From: Lingula anatina
Lineage: Eukaryota; Animalia; Brachiopoda
NCBI GenBank assembly: GCA_051362555.1
Contig: CM120646.1
Span: 10,416,001-10,480,000, forward strand
Direction: 5' to 3'
Length of the DNA: 64,000 bases
Of this stretch, positions 38,809-50,674 are shown piece after piece (positions within the stretch are counted from its first letter, which is position 1; every line of letters starts with the position of its first letter). The notes beneath the pieces were generated by a model, which worked only from the letters and a program-made list of their open reading frames with translations, ran no database searches and had not been told where the DNA came from. A program made the translations under genes and the position numbers.

Positions 38809-41800
38809 AGAGCAAAGTAACGCAGCACCACAGCTTTGTATCCAAAAACCAAAATTCAACTCATTACCTGGACATCGGCTAGTTTCATGGTAGAAATTGG
38901 AGTGACAGAAATAGTGACGAGATTGTAAAAGTTTAAGTGAGAGGCGAAAGAGGATAATTTCTACTAATGATTAAACGAGCATACATGCGAGTCCATTTAA
39001 ATTTATTTGCAAGTCTCGCTTTTTTTTAGCGATCTGTACACGACCACTTTTTTTACAAAAAAAAAAGAAAGAAAGAAAATTATAGAATATTTTTTATTCA
39101 ACTATTATGTACAATTTTGAATATTTACAGTTGATTTAAAAAGGACTAATAATCAGTAATGAACTACGTAAACGCAATGAATTAATACATAGCAGTATTA
39201 TCAAAAGTTGCAAGATTTTCCATCGTCTTCATCCAGCGTCGGAACGCACACAGTCCGATAATGCAGGTCTTGTGGTCGAAAACTGGTACCAGATGCTCTC
39301 GGGCCGTGGGGAAAAACCCGTCTAAACCCTTTGTGGGGAATGCCGGGAAAGTGCCCACGCCCGGATAATTCGGTCCTTATAACATGACAAAATCGGTTTC
39401 TATTGGCACGGCGCTGCGTACAGTTCAAGAATCGTCCCGTTTTAGACAGCATTGTGTGACGGAATAACCTTTGTGTTGACTAACTATTCTATATATATAC
39501 TATACACGAGGTGAAGCATAAAAACTTATTAAAGTAATTCTTACAGAAAAAGGCACTGAAGCCAATAAAAAACTAACAAGAGACATAACAATTAAACAGA
39601 ATCATTTTGACTTTATCTTGGAGAATTAAAACCATAAATAAAGTTAATCATTTTACAACTGCAAGCATCTTTCAAAACTTGATTATAGTTCTCTTTATGA
39701 TAAAATGCAAACAGATTCAAGTAATATGATTATAACTCGGGAATATCAATGATTTCAACTAAACTTTGATATATAATTCGACTAAAAATACCAGGTTTCT
39801 AAAATGTAACTTTGCACTGAAATCGCAACTACCTGCATGATACAAGTACAGAATAAAGCAAGCTTGCTTCAAAATATTTCGGATCTCACATTACACTGTA
39901 TGACCGCCCATGTAAATTTCAATCTGAATTTTTTTGATCCGGAGAAAAGGTGCATATGTGATGAAGTGGATGTATTTGTCAAGTATAACACTTGAGAAAA
40001 TCTGAATATTAGTAATGTGATCTCTATCTTGAGAGATGACAGCATCTCTCAAGAAGAGCAGACTGTACAAAAAATATAATGAAATATTTTCTCACACGTA
40101 AAATATTTCATTACAATGTAAAATCTCTTCATGTAAAAGCGTTTACATGAAGTCAGATTTTACAAAGATGTGAGGTTTGTTAGTAAGGTTAGTGTGCAGG
40201 TTAAGACCTTTTCAAATGCCATACTGACAAACAACTCCACATCATCAAAAGCACAAATTTGAAAAATGACCATCTCAGATTGAAACAAAACACAGACGAC
40301 CACAAGTGGTGGGAATGTTTTTGTGAGCAAAAAACTATCTGCATTCAGAATGTGGATAAAGCAACTCTATATTCAAATTTATTAATATAATAATTATAGC
40401 AACTGTAGAGGTAGACTTTTCCTACAGAAGCACACATCTTATACAATTGATCTTGTATGGAATGAAGAATTATCTTGAACCTCAGTTTTCTCTTCTGTTA
40501 TTGAAATAAAATGGTTCACTGCATAAGGCATAAAATACAAATGAAATTTGATGCAATTTCACCTTGACATGTTTGTGACCCATGAACCCCAAATATTCTC
40601 AGCATCCAAAAGACTGATACATTATTAGACTGTATTCCCACTACATTCAGTACTGTATATTGCCTTCATTACCATTCCACATTCTTTATATTTGTTTGCA
40701 GAACAAGCCGTGTCCTTCAACACCAAAACTCGTGGGATGTCCGAGCATCCATGAAAGTGTCCACAGGGCTCCTTGCTAACGCTGTACAGTGTTCAACATC
40801 TTGGACATTTGGTCTTGGGTCGACGTTATCTGACATCATGCAGGCGTAATTATTGGAAAACTCCCAATTCGTAGCCTACAAATGAAATCCAACTTTTACT
40901 CAAAAGTATGAAAAGCTATATCGAAAGCTTGCAGTAACTGCAACAAAGAAAGTATATCACTGATATTTACACACCGTTAACATTAATGAAAAGCTTGGTT
41001 CTTAAAATGATCAGAGCGTTATTTCCAAATGTACAGTGAAATATGCTTCCTTTATTGAAATATATATATCAACTTTTTAGAGTAAGTAGACAGCAGTCTT
41101 CAAAAAATAAATTATTTCAAACATTTGACAAAAAAGTAAGAAAAGATGTTGCTATATTGAATATTGTAATGTTAGCCTACATGTTAAATTGTTGACTGTC
41201 TGTGCTACTTCTAATTCTACTGTTTGTTTACATAGGATGTAGTTTTTGATCACTGTCAATAATAAGAAATGCCATAATACACCAATAATAATACTTAAAA
41301 AATTCAGAACCACTTTTCTTAAGTTGTTGATCCCCAATAACTTACAAAGTTATCTGTATAAAGATCCCTCAGTCCTGAAGAAGTGTTTCATCTGGAGGTT
41401 TGGTAGTTGCAATCTTCATTTTTAGAATCCACCACTTTTGGTAGCCTGCAAATTTAAATTATTACTTCAAAATGTAATAAAAGTCAACCATTTGTATATG
41501 AAATGTGTTTGTAAAGTTTCAGCAGTTTGATGGGAAATAAATATAAAAAGCACTTTTGTCACAAACTTGGAAAAAACATTCAAGCGAAATATTTTGACAT
41601 GCCACTGGCGACCTTCAGACTTAATGTCACAATGGGGTATTGCACAAATTAGTTTTAACGAAGGAAAAGGAACACTAACAGCATTTAAACGACTCTACTC
41701 AAAGACAAGTTTAAGTAAAGCCTGAACAATCTAGATCCAGCGGGAGGAGTGTACTAGTATTCCATCAAGTGTTTAATTTGTGAAGGATTTATATGGGAGA

Positions 41801-42084
41801 GACAAAGAGAAAGTTGAACGTTAGAGTTAAAGAACACGGGAAGGAATAAGAAAGGGTACCCGAAGAGGGAAAAATACACTACAGCCCAAGGTAGCCTTCT
41901 GCTACAACGAACCATCACAAAAAAACATTGATTGGGAGAGTGCCAAGATTCTACAAAAAGAAAGTGACTGGAGAACAAGAGGCTTAAAGGGAGGCATATA
42001 AACCAGGAAAATGCCTAACAATCTGAACAATATAGAGAGATGGAAATAAATACTCACTTCTACGGTGGCCTTTTATTACCACAA

Positions 42085-42494
42085 CCACAGCACTGGAGGT
42101 GGGGGTGGTAGCTGCTAGTATACAATTTCTGGACCAGTGACAACGTCCCGGAGTCACATTGGTGGTGGGTGGTGGGGGCGGTAGCTCCAAGTAATCTGGA
42201 CCACTGACCACGCCTCGGAGTCACATTGTTGGTGGTGGGTGGTGGGGGCGGTAGCTCCAAGTAATCTGGTCCACTGACCACGCCTCGGAGTCACATTGTT
42301 GGTGGTGGGTGGTGGGGGCTGTAGCTCCAAGTAATCTGGACCAGTGACCACGCCCCGGAGTCACATTGGTGGCGGTGGGTGGTGGGGGCGGTAGCTCCAA
42401 GTAATCTGGACCAGTGACCACACCTCGGAGTCACATTGGTGGTGGTGGGTGGTGGGGGCGGTAGCTCCAAGTTATCTGGACCAGTGACAACGTC
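42085..42494. repeat. 70-bp minisatellite, ~6 copies, G-rich on + strand
   Basis: ggagtcacatt at 42150, 42217, 42287, 42357 and 42427. Confidence 0.95.
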
Positions 42495-43953
42495 CTGCAG
42501 AATATTGAGACTGTTGAGGATCTGAAAGTTGACGAATGGCATGTCAAAATATTTTGCATGAATGATAAGGTTTTTCCACATCTGTGACAAATTAAAAGAG
42601 CTTTTTACCTGTGAAAAATGAGCATTGAATTTGCTAGAGTAAATTGTAAATAGAAAACAAATGCCTGCACCGAGTGACAGGTCCCAAACATTCTTAAAAC
42701 AATTGTCTAAGACCTTGCACAAAATGCTCAGTTTGTTGGAGTTGCACTGATAAAAGATTTGTATTATCTATACAATGAATGACAATCTAGTTCATTTACC
42801 CTTATCCTGTCCCATAACTTACCTTGAATGCTCTCTAATCACAACTACTGAAGGGCTCTTGAAACACTATACGATATAGCTGACATGGCTTTCTCCATTT
42901 TAGCCTTGTTAACCTTGTTAAAATGGACCGTCATCAGGACAGGCGCTCGCCAATGCTATCTGCCTCAACTACAAAATAAAAAATTTTAAGTCAAAAGTTT
43001 CCCTCTTTACTTCTCCCACCCAAATCCAATCTACTAACCATAAATATCTTAATCCTAGGAGTGGGTCATGGGTAAAAGACATTGCCTTCTAAATGTGAGC
43101 TGTCAAATTAATGTGGCTAACGGTTTTTAGTTTTTCAAGGTATGAAAAATCACTTAAGTGTTTTGTTTCCCCCAAAAAACATGAGTGATATGTACCTTTT
43201 AAGGCTTGATAGGTTTCCATCTCTGTGAAACGCCATATGCTTCTGATGCTCCCCCATGCAGCCCCCTAACATACAGACCATGGAAGGACTCAACCATGCA
43301 CCAAGGATTGAATGTGACCCTCTTCTTGCACCTCTTTCAAAAAAGCGGGACTTTATCAGGAATTGCCCTAATTGAGTTCTGTAAATAGAAAGGAAAATTT
43401 GATTAGTTTTCAAAAATTGTATATCAAAAGCAGTCTGCAGCCAGAAAAATTGTTGGAATCGGTAGATTTCCAGAATGTGTCAATTTGGTGACATGGCTGT
43501 TAGATTTTTTCTATAAGTATGAAGAAGAGCTTTTGATTTATTTTAAATGTAACTGTTACATCATGATTCGAGAAAAATGTCCAGGTCTTGTTAATACAAA
43601 TATTAATGCAATCCAGTCTAGTCCTATTGAACTTTGTATTCGAACCAGTGAATCAAGATTCAGACATCTATATCTAGTTTTTAGGAAAGAAGGTGGACTG
43701 AATGGCCAGTAGGGTGAAAAGTTTATGGCACAGACTGCTGCTGAAAAATTAATTTTAGTGTATTGTTCTCGCCAGTAACACGGGTTACCTTGCAGGTTTT
43801 TCTGCCTCAGTGAAACACCATATGCTTCAGACGCTTCTCCAATGCAGCCTCTTCAACAGACCGTGGCAGGACTCACTGGCACCAAGGATTGAGGGATGTA
43901 TCGGAAGTGTGCACGTGTCCCTCTTCTCCTTGCAGTTGCCATGAAACGTTGGA

Positions 43954-44385
43954 CAGGACTCGCTGGACGCTTCCTAGTGCAGCCACCTCGTAGACAGACC
44001 ATGGCAGGACTCGCTGGACGCTTCCCCAGTGCAGCCACCTCGTAGACGGACCATGGCAGGACTCGCTGGACGCTTCCCCAGTGCAGCCACCTCGTAGACG
44101 GACCATGGCAGGACTCGCTGGACGCTTCCCCAGTGCAGCCACCTCGCAGATAGACCATGGCAGGACTCGCTGGACGCTTCCCCAGTGCAGCCACCTCGCA
44201 GATAGACCATGGCAGGACTCGCTGGACGCTTCCCCAGTGCAGCCACCTCGCAGATAGACCATGGCACGACTCGCCGGACGCTTCCTTAATGCAGCCACCT
44301 TGTAGACAGGCCATGACAGGACTCGCTGGACGCTTCCCCAGTGCAGCCACATCAAAGAGACAGACCATTGCAGGACTCGCTGGCA
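43954..44385. repeat. 52-bp minisatellite array 1, ~8 copies
   Basis: Unit ggcaggactcgctggacgcttccccagtgcagccacctcgtagacagaccat. Confidence 0.95.
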
Positions 44386-44549
44386 CCAAGGAATGGTCAA
44401 AGTAGCTTAAGTGTAGATGTGGGACGTCTCCTTGCAGTTGTGTTCTGTCAACAGAAAGAAAAATGAATTAATGACTTTTCATACTATGTCAGCACTCTGC
44501 AGTCAGGCTTACCTTTAAGTGGTTTCCATCTCATTGAAACACCATATGA

Positions 44550-44875
44550 CAAGACTCGCTGGACGCTTCCCCAGTGCAGCCACCTCGTAGACAGACCATG
44601 GCAGGACTCGCTGGACGCTTCCCCAGTGAAGCCACCTCGTAGAGAGACCATGGCAGGACTCGCTGGACGCTTCCCCAGTGAAGCCACCTCGTAGACAGGC
44701 CATGGCAGGACTCGCTGGACGCTTCCCCAGTGAAGCCACCTCGTAGACAGGCCATGGCAGGACTCGCTGGACGCTTCCCCAGTGCAGCCACCTCGTAGAC
44801 AGGCCATGGCAGGACTCGCTGGACGCTTCCCCAGTGAAGCCACCTCGTAGAGAGACCATGGCAGGACTCGCTGGC
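44550..44875. repeat. 52-bp minisatellite array 2, ~6 copies
   Basis: Same unit, with array-specific variants (gtgaagcc, acaggcc). Confidence 0.95.
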
Positions 44876-44932
44876 TCCAAGGGATGGTCGAAGTAGCTTA
44901 AGTGTAGATGTGGGGTGTCTCCTTGCAGTTGT

Positions 44933-46107
44933 GTCCTGTAAACAGAAATAAAAACGAGATTAGATTTCTTTCATTTCTCAAACTTCCCTTCCAAAAAGAA
45001 AAAAATATTACATACCTTAAGGAGTGTAGTCGAAGTCCCACAGGTGGCGCCCATCATCTTCTATGTCCTGTAAACAGAAATAAAAACGAGATTAGATTTC
45101 TTTCACTTCTCAAACTCCCCTTCCAAAAAGAAAAAAAGATTACATACCTTAAGGAATGTAGTCGAAGTCCCACAGGTGGCGCCCATCATCTTCTATGTCC
45201 TGTAAACAGAAATAAAAACGAGATTAGATTTCTTTCATTTCTCAAACTCCCCTTCCAAAAAGAAAAATAGATTACATACCTTAAGGAGTGTAGTCGAAGT
45301 CCCACAGGTGGCGCCCATCATCTTCTATGTCCTGTAAACAGAAATAAAAACGAGATTAGATTTCTTTCATTTCTCAAACTCCCCTTCCAAAAAGAAAAAA
45401 AGATTACATACCTTAAGGAGTGTAGTCGAAGTCCCACAGGTGGCGTCCATCATCTTCTATGTCCTGTAAACAGAAATAAAAACGAGATTAGATTTCTTTC
45501 ATTTCTCAAACTCCCCTTCCAAAAAGAAAAAAATATTACATACCTTAAGGAGTGTAGTCGAAGTCCCACAGGTGGCGCCCATCATCTATGTCCTGTAAAC
45601 AGAAATAAAAACGAGATTGGATTTCTTTCATTTCTCAAACTCCCCTTCCAAAAAGAAAAAAAGATTACATACCTTAAGGAGTGTAGTCGAAGTCCCACAG
45701 GTGGCGCCCATCATCTTCTATGTCCTGTAAACAGAAATAAAAACGAGATTAGATTTCTTTCATTTCTCGAACCCCCCTTCCAAAAAGAAAAAAAGATTAC
45801 ATACCTTAAGGAGTGTAGTCGAAGTCCCACAGGTGGCGCCCATCATCTTCTATGTCCTGTAAACAGAAATAAAAACGAGATTAGATTTCTTTCATTTCTC
45901 AAACTCCCCTTCCAAAAAGAAAAAAGATTACATACCTTAAGGAGTGTAGTCCAAGTCCCACAGGTGGCGCCCATCATCTTCTATGTCCTGTAAACAGAAA
46001 TAAAAACGAGATTAGATTTCTTTCATTTCTCAAACCCCCCTTCCAAAAAGAAAAAAAAGATTACATACCTTAAGGAGTGTAGTCGAAGTCCCACAGGTGG
46101 CGCCCAC
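44933..46107. repeat. 132-bp tandem repeat, ~9 copies (exon+intron unit on - strand)
   Basis: cttaagg anchors at 45016, 45148, 45280, 45412, 45544, 45673, 45805, 45936 and 46069. Confidence 0.96.
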
Positions 46108-46459
46108 CAGTTTGCAGTCTTCTTCCTGGACCTGTAATAAAAAGAAACCTGGAAAGCATGGGAATATGCAATGACACTACGACTCCAGCCCACGACAGCA
46201 AAAAGGTGAAGTATCCTGATGACCGAGCGACGATTCCTCGTGGGGAGAAGCGAAGATTTTAGCTGGCCAGCTAAGAGAAACGCCGAATCCACCGTCTAGA
46301 CGTCTGCGTGTGCAGGGAACAATATGTCGAAGAGCGATGCGTTGACGTAGGATGAGTAGAAGATTCGGAGAAATGGGAGTCGACTCCCGTGTCCTTTGTG
46401 CTTGATACAGGGCGCAGCACATGGCATCCGTCCTGTTGCTCTAGATCTGTCCGCTGTTG

Positions 46460-46518
46460 AGTGAACGCACTTTTAAAATTTTGCGCTTTTATACCTTTGT
46501 TGACGTATAGTCACATGA
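46460..46518 (-). promoter_or_regulatory. TATA plus initiator core promoter with upstream CRE half-site and E-box
   Basis: Minus-strand TATAAAA at 46493-46487; TCACT initiator A at 46462 (31-nt spacing); TGACGT at 46501; TCACATGA at 46511. Confidence 0.6.
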
Positions 46519-47056
46519 TGGCGTTCTTGTTGTCACCAATGGTCAACTTGTTCAAAGGGGATGGCCTTTGATAGTGATGCGCAAAGTTGGTAATAATATC
46601 TTATCAACATATACATTTTCTTTTATATTTTATATTTTGATTATTCTGCCTGTCAGTTTGTTTATAATAAGAGTAATAAGTTCTAAGCAATGTCTGTGAA
46701 ATGTGCAGGCAAATTTGATGAAAATTTCTGAGCAACATACCTTCTCCCTAAAATTTTTATAGGTACGATGTCCGTTAAGCTGGTAGCTGTGAACTTCTCG
46801 CAGGCTACTTTAGTGTGCGGGTATTTGAACACTGATCCAAAATGTGGATAATGTAATTTGGCGTAGGGTACGTGACTGCATTTTTGAGGCAGCCTGAGGG
46901 AGTATGGTTGTTCTGATTGTAGTGAATTGTAGAGAGACAATTGGAAGTACACTGGACTTAGCATGTTCAGTCACCCAAGTACTCTGAAACACATTTTGTA
47001 ATCAGCTGACTTGTTACTCTGAAAAATGAAAAAACAAATTATATTGATTTACAAAA

Positions 47057-47353
47057 CTGGAAGATAGAAGCAGTGGATCATATTACTTATGCCAGGCAGA
47101 AGAAACGACTGAATGTATATTTTTATATTCAAAACGTCTACTGATTTAGGTAATAATTAATAGCCTGGAAGATAGCAGCAGTGGATCATATTACTAATGC
47201 AAGGCAGAAGAAACGAGTGAATGTATATTTTTATATTCAAAACGTCTACTGATTTAGGTAATAATTAATAGCCTGGAAAATATGCAAGGCAGAAGAAACG
47301 AGTGAATGTATATGTCTATATTCAAAACGTCTACTGATTTAGGTAATAATTAA
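47057..47353. repeat. ~108-bp tandem repeat, ~3 copies
   Basis: aggcagaagaaacga..aaaacgtctactgatttaggtaataattaa repeated three times. Confidence 0.85.
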
Positions 47354-50300
47354 CAACTGACGTCTCCCTTCATGGCGTCGGGTTATCAGTACTCCCACAC
47401 CAGTAACATGAGTTATGAGTTGAGCAGAAACAGAAAAAGATTTTTTATAAAGATAATACAAGTATATGTGTAGGCCCATTTACCTTTTTTTATATTACTA
47501 AACGTAAGAATTGTTTGTCCAAGTGAAACTTTACTTACATCAGCCTAGCAACTAAATCTGACGTTTAAACGTCTCCGAAAATAACTAGAATTTTTTGAAT
47601 AACTCAATAATGCGGCCACCTTCGAGGTGTCGCCCGGTTTTTAAAAATTGAAAAAAGAAACTTTTCGGGGCGTCTTTTGTCGCTGGTCATTATTTTCAGT
47701 TGTTTGATGTTTTTTTGTAATATTTTAGCCATTGATAGAATCTATAATTTATAGTTACATATAGTTACATCCACGATTAGCTAGACGAAATGGTGACAGG
47801 GAAAAGTCAAATTTTTTAAACGGCAAAAACTGCATTCTCTTAGAAAGCAATTAGCAAACATTCATTACTGTGAAAAATTCAACCGAAGTTGAAGACAAAA
47901 TGTGTCAAAAATAAACGTGCATGTCGTAATACCTATTTAAAGCAGTCTAATTTTTTTTAGTATTAAAAACGTGTAAATATTATCCACATAGGATATTTTT
48001 AAAGCCTTCGATATTTAAAATATTTAAACTTCCCATACTTTGAGGCATGCATGAGTCGGAAAATGTTTGCATAATTACATAAAAAACTAGAATTATCTCT
48101 TTATGTGACCACAGTTTACTCATGTGCCTTACATCATTCCCTTAAACCCTTTCCCAATATCGATTTCAGATATTTTTGACACATTTTGTCTCCATCTGAA
48201 TCACGTGAACGTTATCAAGTGTCATAAGGCGTACATTACGAAAATATTTAGGTCTTGGAACGTGATTTGATGACTTTTTTAAATGCATATATATACAATT
48301 ATAAATTTATAATTAAGTTATTTAATATCAAATTATAAGTTCTGACCGAGTTTTAAAATTTATTTTAGGAGGGGTAAAAAACCCCAACCCCATCTAATAT
48401 ATATTTGATACATCCGTAGGCTTATGTCCTTAGAACTAGGCGTACAAAATGTGTCTTCTAGCTAAAGTTATTATTATGGTGTATGTGTAATTAAAAAAAA
48501 AAACTACGTAAGAGTGGCAATAGGTCATGTGTTTCGAATGCACCCCCACTCTCCGATCAGACATTACTTTTGTATAATTCACAGTCCATCTTCGTTGTAG
48601 TTTGTGACTTTACGTCATTTCTTAGTGAAGCGGTGTTGTCCTCAATTTACCTTAAATGTCCAAATTACTAAGAAGAAACCACTTGCAAGAATTATAAGGT
48701 TTTTTATACTGCTAGGTCTATAGACGTGATACACACGATATTTGGCAACCCCACAAAATCTGTTTCTTAAAATTTTGGTTCCACCACAAAGCTTAGCACT
48801 ATCATTCTTTTTTGCTTTATTGATATATTTTCAGTACATAAATAACCATTGTCTGTTGCCCAATTTTGCACAAAATTAAGATAATCCCCAAAACCTCATT
48901 AATTGTGTTTCCTCCATCCCAAAAAATGTTAAAAATTTCTCCTCATAATTTAGTAGTGCACTGGCATCTACACAGTACATAAATGTATCATTATAATAAC
49001 ATCTTGTTCTTACTGATAACATAATCAGCTTAATTCCATAACAATTCTAAAATGTTAATAACAATGAAAATTCAAAGTAGATGGCAAGATTCTTATTGTG
49101 CTGATAAAGATAAAATATGTAAATTCAATACTGATTAGGTACTGTATACTGGCTCATTGAAAAAAAGGGAACCGTTTCACAAAAAAATTAAGCTTAGACT
49201 GCTAAATCTGGATAGCCAACTATACAAAGTCAACTTTGCGATATTGTCTTACAACTACAATTTTTTAAGAATGATTGGTCCACAGTTGATGAGTAGAATA
49301 TACATAAATGGGCTACTGACACCACTGCAAGTAAAATACTTGCCAAGACAATCAAAATGTAAATCAAAGGAAAGTAAAAAGAAAGTAAAAAGACTGGAAA
49401 AAATGAGGCAAAATTGATAACTTGGTTAATGAGCGAACAATACTCTAGTTTTGATTAAATCAGAACTTTTCTTGCACCTTTTCTTGGGGAATAGGGGATT
49501 GGTGTAGTGAAAGCCCAACCTTAACCTTTGGATGCTATTCTCATTAAACATATGCATAAAAGACAAAATTTAGACCACAAATAGATTCATGCAATCTACC
49601 AACCTTTTTTACAGTGAGTCATTGCAACTTATCAGTTATTTCTGGCCTAGGCTATCTGTAAGATTCTTACAACTGTGAAGTGCAACTTAGCCAGCTAAGT
49701 CTTTATAGGCTCAGATTTTAGACTACAAACCAGCTTCAAACATTTAGTAAAGCAAGTGCAAGGAATAGTTAGTTTGAAGGCTCTGCCTCCCCATAGGGTG
49801 AGAACAAACACAGTCACACTGTATGATACATTACAGAAAACATTGGTTAAAAATATACTCTGGAATTTTACATTTTCACTAGTATAGAATCAATTTGATT
49901 TCTAAAACTGACTTATTATAAAAATACTCCTGTCAATTTAAAACTTTTTCATAAAGCATATCTGAAATACACTGATAAAATGTTATTAAAAATATTAAAA
50001 TTTGATATTCACAGATAAAATAGGCTCAAGTCAAAATGATTAAGACAATTATTGAAGCATTATTCAAACCCCAATTTTGATTATTTTCATACAATTAGTG
50101 ATTCACAAGTTCTTTAACAGAGTTGTACCTAATCTGACTACATGATATCTATCAAAATCTCTCTAAAATCAAGTGACAAAAAATGCCCACAGTTTCAAGC
50201 ACCATAAAATATGGCTTAAGTAAGTAATATCCTCAATTGTTTCATAATAAACGTCATGTCACTTGAATGTACCATTCTCCAGAAAAAAAGATGAACTTGC

Positions 50301-50536
50301 AAGGTTTGATAAGTCTGCGTTTACAGGTAGATGTCATAGTTTAATATACATGAGGCAGCTTTATATCGTGGTCAACAATATTATATTATATTATATCAGT
50401 TTCTCTAGCCTCCATGTCTTATTCGTCATAATATTTTGATTTTCAAATTCAGGGTCCCCTAGTAAAAGATCTTGCATTTCCTCTTGATCACAGAAGAATC
50501 TGAGTTGAGAATACAGTTGAGAATACAGAGTTAAAA

Positions 50537-50601
50537 TTAGGCCTCTCCTCTCCACTCGGGGTCCTCTTGCAACTGAACCTGGCTGACATCCATGGTTACA
50601 T
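50537..50601 (-). CDS. MOV10: MOV10-like terminal coding exon
   Basis: ttcaag|DVTMDVSQVQLQEDPEWRGEA*. Confidence 0.8.
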
Positions 50602-50642
50602 CTTGAAAAATAATATATTCCCAAAAAAGTTTAAATGGTGCA

Positions 50643-50674
<32 letters not shown>

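Larger units (their letters stand above)
40360..47620 (-). ncRNA. Predicted multi-exon, tandem-repeat-rich long non-coding RNA
   Basis: Co-oriented GT-AG-bounded exons: ?-47539, 47018-46741, 46131-46069, eight 52/49-nt exons (45987-45016), 44935-44513, 44444-43789, 43378-43196, 42968-42823, 42494-42058, 41445-41346, 40875-~40360. No long ORF after joining. Both ends approximate. Confidence 0.6.

Noticed and set aside
42601-42620. AG|GT recursive splice site (ttttcacag|gtaaaa, minus strand)
   Set aside because: The host intron is only ~330 nt; could be chance or an alternative acceptor.
41984-42722. Pro/Thr-rich mucin-like ORFs
   Set aside because: The 70-bp period shifts frame at each unit and hits TGA; no signal peptide or coding context.
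43853-44880. Overlapping ORFs of up to 178 aa in all three minus frames
   Set aside because: Artefact of a stop-free 52-bp repeat. The period is not divisible by 3, so every ORF cycles through the same three peptides.
44908-46107. CRISPR-like or plus-strand repeat-protein reading of the 132-bp array
   Set aside because: Units are wholly identical with no unique spacers and no cas genes. The plus ORF stops at 45270 and the splice signals are on the minus strand.
40360-47620. Repeat exons as a C-terminal extension of MOV10
   Set aside because: MOV10 ends with a typical EDPEWRGEA* at 50537 and the downstream exons do not keep frame. Read-through transcription is not excluded.
47894-48190. 20-bp inverted repeat gacaaaatgtgtcaaaaata
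   Set aside because: No TSD or defined termini; probably internal to an unidentified repeat.
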